From Candidatus Thorarchaeota archaeon (lineage in GTDB: Archaea > Asgardarchaeota > Thorarchaeia > Thorarchaeales > Thorarchaeaceae), in contig JAEORO010000238.1 of NCBI GenBank assembly GCA_016840855.1, forward strand, positions 1-11,587: a DNA stretch of 11,587 nucleotides, read 5' to 3'. Under the pieces are notes generated by a model, which ran no database searches, was not told the origin of the DNA, and saw only the letters and a list, made by a program, of their open reading frames with translations. Positions 1-7,129 of this stretch are shown one piece after another. The stretch's first letter is position 1, and each line of letters starts with the position of its first letter. The position numbers and the translations under genes are program-made.

Positions 1-2334
1 GACCAGGATATAGCTAGAGAGATTGCAGAGGATATACTGCTCGGACGCGAGAGAATAAAAAAACCCGATACCGATGAGGAACAACAGAAAGCTCAAGCAT
101 CTGCAGCCATGGAGAAGCAAAAGGATGCGCTCCAGAAGGTTATGGATCAGATTCGGCGTGAGCAAGAACTTGGTAAAGTGATTCAGGAGGACAAGGTTAG
201 GGCTGGTTATGATTACCTCCAAAACCTCCACAAGAATGGCGATCCCCAACTCTACGAAGCAGCTACAGACTACCTGAAAGATGGTGATATCGTACTTCGT
301 GGCATAACAAGCGACCAAGAACTAAAGGAGATCGCAGGGTCCAAGCTACTAGACAAGGCTGGAGTTCTAACTTCCGATGATTTTCGAAATGCTCAAACTC
401 TTGATGTTTTGGACGAAGTCTCTAATTTGTCAAATGCTGCAGAGCAGATTGCAGCAAAGTCTCTTCGTGGCGATGACGATGTTCAAGAAGAGTTCGATAA
501 CTTAGCGAGACGTGATACGACAACAGCCGCAAGGGCACTCAAACATATTGAGGAAATGGAAACACTAGATGAGGAAACAAGAGCGTCACTAGACAGGAAT
601 CTCCAAGAAAATCTATCAAATCTCAGTGAAGCGGCGGATTATGCTGCTGAATTAAAGAGAGTTCCCGATAATCTAGACCAACAGATACAGAATGCTCCAA
701 ATCAGTATCCACTAAGTGATGCTGCTGCATTTGCAGAAAAAATCAAAAAACATACTGACCAAGATATAATGGGTGACCTCCTCAAAGCATATGATGAACA
801 ATATGACAACGGTGGTCACAACAATGTTGACATGCGTCAGCTATCAGAAACAGCTCGAGATAATCAGAACTGGGACAATCTCCTTGAGAAGCAGACTGAA
901 TCCACAATTCAGGATGCGAATGCACGTTCTTCCCCATCAGACTTCTTGAAATCTTCAGTTTCACAAGGGATGGGTTTGAGCTCTGAACTTTCTACAAATC
1001 ACACACAAGAAGAGTGGGGCAAAGCTATGCAGAAGCTTGCAGATGCTGCGTGTGATACTTCACCAACAAAGACACACCTAAGAAATACTGTGAAGCAGCT
1101 CTCAAGGATGGGTCAAGTTCCTTCAAAAGAGTCGATTAAAAATGCTGGCGAACGTCTTGGCATGAATGAAGCAGAAATTCTGGAGCTTTTGAATCCCTCA
1201 TATGAAGTGATTAAGAAACTGATTGAAGCTGGAGTTACTGATTTTGATAGACTTCACAATCTCATATCCGCAGCTGGATTATCCCATCAGCAGCTTAGGC
1301 AACTTGCAGATATGGCTGCAGGGGAAGGAAACCAGAGTGCATTAGGTGCAATTGCGCATGAAGACCTTCATGCTGCGTTGGGGACAGGCGGACCAGGATA
1401 TGGACATCAGAGATACGGTCAAGGGTACGGAGCTGGCTCCGGAGTTGGACAACAACCAATGGACAAGAATCGTGCAGATATGGCGTTTGGGGGTCTCTTA
1501 GGAGGTCCTGCTACTAATATAATTCGTATTTGGTATACCTATAGGGACCAGCTACCTGATGACCTCAAAAAGAGGCTGAGGGAGATTGCGAGAAGGCTTT
1601 TGATAGACCTTGGAATGCGATACGCTCGTCAAACAATGGGCAGCAGTATGCTCGGAGGTCTCCAAGAGTCAACAACAGTGAGACCGTATAGAATAGACGA
1701 TGACATGGATCTTATTGACCTAGAAGAAACCATAGACTCTCTCCTCACAGAAGGACGAACGAACTTCAAAGTTCTAGAAACCTCTGATTTTCTGGTGACA
1801 GAGACCTATCAAGGACACCGTGCATTCTACTGGGCTCTTGACAAGAGTGGATCAATGGATTCTGCTGAGAAACTTGGAATGCTTGCAATCTCTGTAATGG
1901 CTGGTCTTTATGGGATAAAACGTGATGACTTTGGTGTTGTCCTCTTTGACAGTATGACCCATATTGTGAAGGAAATGGCTGAGAAGAATGTTTCAGTTGA
2001 TAAAGTGGCAGCAGACCTTCTTGATGCTCGTGCTGGCGGAGGAACTGGAGGTGCTGAATCACTCAAGCTTGCACTTGAGAACTTTGAAAACACACGCGCG
2101 AAAGAGAAAATTCTAGTTTTCTCTACAGACATGTACCTCAGTGACCAAGCTATTTGTGAACAACTTGCAGAACGAATGAAGCCACTTGGAATTAAAATGA
2201 TAATAATTGTTCCAAAATCATCTTACAATCCTAATGCTGCAAATAGTCTTGCAAAGAAAGCTCATGGTGTGGTCTTAGACATCGGTTCTATAGATGAGCT
2301 ACCTGAAAAGTTACTGCGAGTGACAAATTACTGA
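1..2334 (+). CDS. Large helical protein with C-terminal von Willebrand factor A (VWA) domain, CoxE/MoxR-partner type; 5'-truncated by the window edge
   Basis: Frame 1 has no stop from base 1 (DQDIAREIAEDILLGRER...) into the ATG at 109, so the true start is probably upstream of the window. The C-terminus has a complete MIDAS: DKSGSM (1840-1857), GGGT and FSTD. This is preceded by the 'RPYRIDDDMDLIDLEETID' segment typical of CoxE-like VWA proteins. The N-terminal region is acidic and predicted alpha-helical. Confidence 0.85.
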   Translation, partial: DQDIAREIAEDILLGRERIKKPDTDEEQQKAQASAAMEKQKDALQKVMDQIRREQELGKVIQEDKVRAGYDYLQNLHKNGDPQLYEAATDYLKDGDIVLRGITSDQELKEIAGSKLLDKAGVLTSDDFRNAQTLDVLDEVSNLSNAAEQIAAKSLRGDDDVQEEFDNLARRDTTTAARALKHIEEMETLDEETRASLDRNLQENLSNLSEAADYAAELKRVPDNLDQQIQNAPNQYPLSDAAAFAEKIKKHTDQDIMGDLLKAYDEQYDNGGHNNVDMRQLSETARDNQNWDNLLEKQTESTIQDANARSSPSDFLKSSVSQGMGLSSELSTNHTQEEWGKAMQKLADAACDTSPTKTHLRNTVKQLSRMGQVPSKESIKNAGERLGMNEAEILELLNPSYEVIKKLIEAGVTDFDRLHNLISAAGLSHQQLRQLADMAAGEGNQSALGAIAHEDLHAALGTGGPGYGHQRYGQGYGAGSGVGQQPMDKNRADMAFGGLLGGPATNIIRIWYTYRDQLPDDLKKRLREIARRLLIDLGMRYARQTMGSSMLGGLQESTTVRPYRIDDDMDLIDLEETIDSLLTEGRTNFKVLETSDFLVTETYQGHRAFYWALDKSGSMDSAEKLGMLAISVMAGLYGIKRDDFGVVLFDSMTHIVKEMAEKNVSVDKVAADLLDARAGGGTGGAESLKLALENFENTRAKEKILVFSTDMYLSDQAICEQLAERMKPLGIKMIIIVPKSSYNPNAANSLAKKAHGVVLDIGSIDELPEKLLRVTNY

Positions 2335-3171
2335 TTAAAATTTAGAGTACCCTGCTTTCTCAGTCAGAGATTTTTCCTTACTCTCACAGACCCAGAACTT
2401 GTATGCGCAGATGTAGTCTTCAGTACCCCGAAGATCTAACAACCTCGAACTAAACAGTCTTCGCATTATTCTCATGTATCTGAAAAATGGGTCTCCTGGA
2501 GGAACGATTTCAGCTATACAATTTAGTTGGTAACTTTGACTCTCAGGCGCTGCAGCCTGTGTCCAAAAGAAGTTCAGAGATACTCGGGGATCACGTTGGA
2601 TATTTTGGTATGTGACATCACCATACATCTCGACTGCCCCAAATCTGAAACGGTCAATCTTACTGTCGTCGAGCATTAACTTCTGATATAGTTCAATTCT
2701 TTCCTCAATTGTTTCATTGAATGGTCTACCCTGAAATGAAAGTTCTGCCCCTTCAAGCTCAAGGATTGCGTCTTCAAGAGCCTTATCAGTAAGAGTCAGA
2801 CGAACTAATTTCTTTGCGGAATTAACTGGGAAGATTCCTGTTGCATTCTGTGTTGAAACTGTAGGTTTCATCAGTGTGTCTTCATACAGTTTACGTATCT
2901 TTTCATCAGTATCACGAGTGCCTTCAAGAGTGTTTACAATTGCTTCGTAAATCGCATCAGGAATAACATTCAGTGGAAAGGAAACATCGAGTCCATTAAG
3001 ATTAACATCTAATTTGCGTAATTCACGATCTATGAATTTGATTCTAGTTGGTTTTATTTCTGGCAATGGACATACACCATCACAGTTTTTTAGTTGCGTT
3101 TCATCTCCACATTTGCATTCGTCTGGCTGGTTTCTTTTTCCAAACACTATATTTAATGATATTTTGGACAA
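2335..3171 (-). CDS. Hypothetical protein with C-terminal pyridoxamine-5'-phosphate-oxidase-like (FMN-binding split barrel) domain and N-terminal Cys cluster
   Basis: 278-aa ORF with a TTG start preceded by GGTGGGGG. The motifs 'PTVST..G.FPVN' and 'EMYGDVTYQNIQRDPRVSLNF...SYQLNCIAEIV' match the T..N+..+P.vsl.f pattern of PNPOx-like split barrels. Confidence 0.6.
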   Translation of the reverse strand: MSKISLNIVFGKRNQPDECKCGDETQLKNCDGVCPLPEIKPTRIKFIDRELRKLDVNLNGLDVSFPLNVIPDAIYEAIVNTLEGTRDTDEKIRKLYEDTLMKPTVSTQNATGIFPVNSAKKLVRLTLTDKALEDAILELEGAELSFQGRPFNETIEERIELYQKLMLDDSKIDRFRFGAVEMYGDVTYQNIQRDPRVSLNFFWTQAAAPESQSYQLNCIAEIVPPGDPFFRYMRIMRRLFSSRLLDLRGTEDYICAYKFWVCESKEKSLTEKAGYSKF

Positions 3172-3242
3172 GTGACCCCCACCGAAAAAGCCTCATAAGA
3201 GGGTCTGTATGACCAAGTTCCATATTCTCCCATGTAAGAGGT

Positions 3243-3530
3243 ATGAACGACATGGTTGACGCATTTGAGATTGACTCAGAAGCAAGAATGATTGAGTCAA
3301 AGAGCAACGTTGTTGAGGTCGACACAAACAAAGTTCTCGTTTTTGTCGTTCATGAAACCCATACTGTCTTCCTTTGGAGAGGCAAGAACGCTGACTTATT
3401 CAAGAAACTCATGGGAACACGTGTTGCAGCAAAATTAAGTCACACCTATCCAGACTATCGAATACGTCCAATATCTGAAGGTAATGAGCCTGCTGCCTTT
3501 AAACACATCATTGGTACGAAACTCAAATGA
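3243..3530 (+). CDS. Single-domain gelsolin/villin-like protein (Asgard ProGel-like actin regulator)
   Basis: The gelsolin-repeat signature is present: 'VLVFV....TVFLWRGKNA...KK..G...A..L........I..ISEGNEP..F'. The start may be the second ATG (3252), which lies 10 nt after GAGG (3238-3241). Confidence 0.8.
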   Translation: MNDMVDAFEIDSEARMIESKSNVVEVDTNKVLVFVVHETHTVFLWRGKNADLFKKLMGTRVAAKLSHTYPDYRIRPISEGNEPAAFKHIIGTKLK

Positions 3531-3551
3531 ATTATACTAACACCAGAAAAC

Positions 3552-3567
3552 ACTTAGTCGACTGAGT
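3552..3567. promoter_or_regulatory. Imperfect 16-bp palindrome upstream of the wHTH gene (candidate operator)
   Basis: ACTTAGTCGACTGAGT has 7 of 8 symmetric pairs matching. It lies in the 48-nt gap between the gelsolin and wHTH genes. Confidence 0.4.
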
Positions 3568-3578
3568 CTTCAAATTCT

Positions 3579-3884
3579 GTGGTGAGGTTTCTGAGCATCA
3601 ACCGACTTGCATATCTCAGCATGATACGAAATGTGCGAAGGGGTCTCGAAACTCGAAGTCAAATCATTGAGCACATCAAATCAGACACATGGACAACATC
3701 TACTGAGATATCCAAACACGTAGAAGTGACAACTGCAACTGTTCTCTATCACTTAAGGAATCTTGAGCGGGAAAGAATAGTAGAACGAAATCCAGATGGA
3801 TATGGCTGGAGATTTGGTCCCTTCCAGCAAAGTGATTTAACCCAGTTTCTTGAAACCAAGCCTATAGGAAAAACCAAGAGATAG
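3579..3884 (+). CDS. Small winged helix-turn-helix protein (ArsR/AsnC-like HTH), putative transcriptional regulator
   Basis: 'TRSQIIEHI....TSTEISKHVEVTTATVLYHLRNLERERIVER...YGWRF' fits a wHTH with its wing. The start is uncertain: GTG 3579, CTG 3591 (after GGTGAGG) or ATG 3621. Confidence 0.8.
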   Translation: MVRFLSINRLAYLSMIRNVRRGLETRSQIIEHIKSDTWTTSTEISKHVEVTTATVLYHLRNLERERIVERNPDGYGWRFGPFQQSDLTQFLETKPIGKTKR

Positions 3885-3894
3885 TTGTATCAAT

Positions 3895-4647
3895 ATGACG
3901 CCTCATGCAATTGTACGACCACCTGGCAAGAATTTCAGAAAATGTCTATCGGTTCATCCGCTTCATCATACTCTGAATCTTGAACTAGCTTTAGAACAAC
4001 ATGCAAAATATTGTGATACACTGCAAGATTTAGATGTGGACCTAATTGAGCTTGAGCCCGATGATGAATACCCCGATGCGTGCTTTGTTGAAGACACAGT
4101 TGTGATTCATAAGAACCGTGCCATGATTACGAGAATGGCAAAAGAAAGTCGTAGAGGCGAAAGTAAAAGGGTCGAAGAGGTGCTTTCTGAATTTAAGGAA
4201 ATCAATACAGTTGAAGCACCTGGGACTTTGGAAGGTGGAGATGTGATACATCTTCCAGACTCGTTACTCTGTGGAATAACAAAACGAACGAACCGAGAAG
4301 GTGCTTCTCAGATGGAGAATTGGCTACAGATTCCAGTTCGTCTTGTTGAGGATCTGAACATCATGCATATCAAGAGTCATGCAACTTATCTTGGTCGGAA
4401 TACTATTCTTGTAAACCCGCGATATGTAGGAAATCCGGTTCTAGAGGAATTCATGAAGATTGTTCTTCCAAAAGAGGAGATACATTCTGCAAATACATTG
4501 ACAATTAATGATACTGTCCTCATTTCAGCCAGACATAATTTAACTACCAAACTAGTAAAGGAAGCTGGTTTTGACGTAGTTCAATTAGATATGAGTGAGT
4601 TTGAAAAATGCGATGGAGCATTGACTTGTCTATCCATCATTTTCTAG
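3895..4647 (+). CDS. N(G),N(G)-dimethylarginine dimethylaminohydrolase (DDAH)-like amidinotransferase/pentein family hydrolase
   Basis: All pentein/DDAH motifs are present: 'YPDACFVEDT', 'SRRGE', 'LEGGDV', catalytic His in 'MHIKS' and C-terminal catalytic Cys in 'DGALTCLS'. The 250-aa length matches bacterial-type DDAH. Confidence 0.88.
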   Translation: MTPHAIVRPPGKNFRKCLSVHPLHHTLNLELALEQHAKYCDTLQDLDVDLIELEPDDEYPDACFVEDTVVIHKNRAMITRMAKESRRGESKRVEEVLSEFKEINTVEAPGTLEGGDVIHLPDSLLCGITKRTNREGASQMENWLQIPVRLVEDLNIMHIKSHATYLGRNTILVNPRYVGNPVLEEFMKIVLPKEEIHSANTLTINDTVLISARHNLTTKLVKEAGFDVVQLDMSEFEKCDGALTCLSIIF

Positions 4648-4650
4648 ACT

Positions 4651-5601
4651 TCAAATGAATTCAGCATAGAAGTCCTTTGCATTTTGCCAGTATATCTTCT
4701 GCAGAGCATCCTCTGGCAGATTGAGACCATTAATGAACGTACCACCTGAGTTGACAGTATCACTATCCGTGAATGGCAGTGGTCTATGCTTGACTGTTGT
4801 TTCAAGAAGCAGTCTAAGTGCTAAATATCTCCCCTCATAATAGTCTCTTTCAGGTCTCCATGTAACACAATCTGTACCAAATACAATCCTATTTTGATAT
4901 TTGAGGATGAATTCCCTTGCTTTCCCAGGGTCTTTACTCAGTTCCCGCGACACCCACCTTGCTGAGCTTGTGTCGATGATAAAGTTTGGATAAGTATCGA
5001 ACCATCGAGCTAGATTGTCAAGCCTATGTATCTCTGGCTGAGCCCCAAAATGAGCTAGCTGGAACTTCATCGAATCATGTTTCTTCAATACTCCCTCAAG
5101 CTCTTGAAGGTCTCTCTCTTTAGTTGTGTAAATTGATGTATCAGTGTATCTTGTTGCGTAGTAAGTATCAGGGTCGGAGAGGTGTAGAAGAAATGGAATT
5201 CCCTCATCTTTCATGGCATCAAACATCCGTGCCATATCATTCCCATCCATTCTAAGTTCATCTTGTGTCGCGCCAGCTCTTCCCCTCATAATCGGAGCTG
5301 ATTGCATCTTTGCCATATGATAGCCTTCATCTCGAAGTGAAGCTATTTCTCTAAGTATTGACTCCACTCCGTCTACAAACCTCATAGCACCTGAGAAGTA
5401 TTTTGCAAAAATGAACCTACCCGGGTATTTCTTCTCGGCATAATTCTTAGCTCCTAGACTATGACAAATGAGTAATGACTCCTTTACACCAAAATGCTCA
5501 CTAATCCTTACCAGCATATCAAGTGCATCTGTATCGACGACATGAATGTGAGCATCAAAGATGGGCTCTTGAAAACTAAGATCAGAAATCAGTATATACA
5601 C
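4651..5601 (-). CDS. Amidohydrolase_2 family metal-dependent hydrolase (TIM barrel), substrate unknown
   Basis: Metal-ligand motifs 'IFDAHIH', 'LLHLSDP', 'LAHFG', 'IDTSS' and 'IVFGTD', plus C-terminal 'KIYWQNA'. The start is GTG 5601 or in-frame CTG 5592. Confidence 0.82.
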   Translation of the reverse strand: MYILISDLSFQEPIFDAHIHVVDTDALDMLVRISEHFGVKESLLICHSLGAKNYAEKKYPGRFIFAKYFSGAMRFVDGVESILREIASLRDEGYHMAKMQSAPIMRGRAGATQDELRMDGNDMARMFDAMKDEGIPFLLHLSDPDTYYATRYTDTSIYTTKERDLQELEGVLKKHDSMKFQLAHFGAQPEIHRLDNLARWFDTYPNFIIDTSSARWVSRELSKDPGKAREFILKYQNRIVFGTDCVTWRPERDYYEGRYLALRLLLETTVKHRPLPFTDSDTVNSGGTFINGLNLPEDALQKIYWQNAKDFYAEFI

Positions 5602-5610
5602 CGCTTAGCG

Positions 5611-5707
5611 GCTAAATCATTCCTACTGAAAACTCTGTCCATATGGAATGAAGATGTTTCCAAAGACTATGTTTCTTGATATAAACCACAAAAACAGATG
5701 ATTTAGC
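5611..5707. repeat. 10-bp perfect inverted repeat bracketing the intergenic region between the two amidohydrolase genes
   Basis: GCTAAATCAT (5611-5620) pairs with ATGATTTAGC (5698-5707). There is also an internal perfect palindrome TCCATATGGA (5638-5647). Confidence 0.5.
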
Positions 5708-5724
5708 TCAGTTACATCCACCTA

Positions 5725-7062
5725 TCATCTTTCATGTTGCTGTAAACGTGACCATAGTTCTCTAGCTGATTTAATAGAGGTCTCTGAAACATGCAAATCC
5801 GATGTTTGAGTTAGTAATCTGTCCTTTACAACGACTCGTCCATCTACTACAACATCTCTGACATCACGTCCACCGAATGTATTGACTAGATGACCAACAA
5901 TAGAGTCTGGAGTTAGTGGTGTAGGAACTCTAGTTCCATCTAATATTACAATATCTGCTAATTTTCTCTTCTCAATGCTTCCTAGTTCAGTACCAAGACC
6001 ATAACAATGTGCTCCCTCGATTGTAGCCATTTTGAAAATCTCTTCGGGGCCTATAATACTCGGGTTCCTGCTCGCTAATCTATGGATAGTTAGAGCACAC
6101 CTCATGTTTTCAAACGGATCGTAAATCCATCCATCATTTCCTAAGCCTACTGTGATTCCTTTACTGAGCATTGCTGGAACTGGTGCGACTCCCACAGCGT
6201 TCAACATATTGCTCATAGGATTGTGTGCAACAGAAGCTCTTCTTTTTGAAATCAAATCTAGTTCGTGGTCATTGACATGGACACAATGAGCTAGTACGGT
6301 TTTAGGCCCAAGAACATCAAGTCTGTCTAACCGTTCAACAGTTCTCTCTCCAGTTGCTTCTAAGTTGTGATAAAGGTCTACAAGACCTTCAGATGTGTGA
6401 ACAGTGATGGGCACATCAAGTTGCCTTGCTTCCTCTACAGCTCTCGTGACAATTTCATCTCCAACTGTGAATGATGCGTGAAGGCTTATCATCCCCGAAA
6501 CAAGATCATCTTTCTTGCAGGATTTAATGAACTTGATACCCTCTTGGAATCCTCTATTCGCTTCATCAGCATTATTCCTCTCTGTCATCTCGAAAGCAAG
6601 AATACCTCGAATACCAACTTCCTTTGTACCTCGAGCAATCTCATTAAGACTTCCTTCAATTGAGTTTGGACCTGAATATGTATCTGCGAAGAGTGTTGAC
6701 CCATTTCTCAGCATATCAGCTCCTGCTGAAAGGGCACTAGCATATGCATCCTCCTGAGTCAAAGCTTCATCAACAGGCCACCAGACTCGTTGCAAGACTT
6801 GAGCAAAATCTGTCGGAGGTTTGATATTTAGACTAGCTCCACGCAATAAAATACCGTAGAGGTGTGTGTGCGCTGTGATTAAACCAGGAATGACGATACA
6901 CCCAGCGGCATCAATAACTGTATCTGCAGTGAATTTTGCCTCACCTTCACTAACTTCTGTGATTCTTGAGCCATTCACCCAAACATAACCCTTCTGAATA
7001 ACAGTTCCTCTCTTGTCTCCAGTCACTATCATTCCGTTCTTAATGAGAAGTTCTTTGCTCAT
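5725..7062 (-). CDS. Amidohydrolase_1 family deaminase, SsnA-like / TRZ-ATZ-MtaD group
   Basis: Motifs 'PGLITAHTHLY', 'PPTDFAQVLQRVWWPVDEAL' (resembles SsnA 'DF...L..LWW.LD.AL'), 'LHASFT', 'VHTSEG', 'LAHCVH', 'HNPMSNM.NAVG', 'GLGNDG' and 'GSIE..KLADI'. TTGGAGG lies 9 nt before the ATG. Confidence 0.85.
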   Translation of the reverse strand: MSKELLIKNGMIVTGDKRGTVIQKGYVWVNGSRITEVSEGEAKFTADTVIDAAGCIVIPGLITAHTHLYGILLRGASLNIKPPTDFAQVLQRVWWPVDEALTQEDAYASALSAGADMLRNGSTLFADTYSGPNSIEGSLNEIARGTKEVGIRGILAFEMTERNNADEANRGFQEGIKFIKSCKKDDLVSGMISLHASFTVGDEIVTRAVEEARQLDVPITVHTSEGLVDLYHNLEATGERTVERLDRLDVLGPKTVLAHCVHVNDHELDLISKRRASVAHNPMSNMLNAVGVAPVPAMLSKGITVGLGNDGWIYDPFENMRCALTIHRLASRNPSIIGPEEIFKMATIEGAHCYGLGTELGSIEKRKLADIVILDGTRVPTPLTPDSIVGHLVNTFGGRDVRDVVVDGRVVVKDRLLTQTSDLHVSETSIKSARELWSRLQQHER

Positions 7063-7071
7063 AGCTTGGCT

Positions 7072-7078
7072 CCTCCAA
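7072..7078 (-). promoter_or_regulatory. Shine-Dalgarno site of the SsnA-like gene
   Basis: The minus strand reads TTGGAGG-AGCCAAGCT-ATG (9-nt spacer). Confidence 0.7.
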
Positions 7079-7129
7079 TCGTGATGTATCTACAGGTGAT
7101 AAGATTAGTCTTTGCTTCGAGTTCGAACA

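Noticed and set aside
1391-1401. GACCAGGATAT repeated at 1-11 and 1391-1401
   Set aside because: It is an 11-nt match in different reading frames of one CDS, consistent with chance.
782-2132. Short minus-strand ORFs 782..964, 1766..2062 and 1908..2132
   Set aside because: They are antisense shadows inside the VWA gene and have no recognisable motifs.
3101-3331. 76-aa minus-strand ORF spanning the divergent intergenic region
   Set aside because: It overlaps both the gelsolin gene (antisense) and the split-barrel gene (different frame), and has no motifs.
3528-3578. Gelsolin and wHTH genes are in the same frame, raising possible TGA (Sec) read-through fusion
   Set aside because: A second in-frame stop (TAG) lies between them, and the wHTH gene has its own SD-like site.
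4042-6757. ORFs 4042..4251, 5494..5679, 6478..6663 and 6515..6757
   Set aside because: They are antisense to well-supported enzyme genes and show no motifs or ribosome-binding sites that I could identify.
7116-7127. Palindrome TTCGA-GT-TCGAA just after the HEAT-gene stop
   Set aside because: It has only a 5-bp arm and a 2-nt spacer, which is too weak to call.
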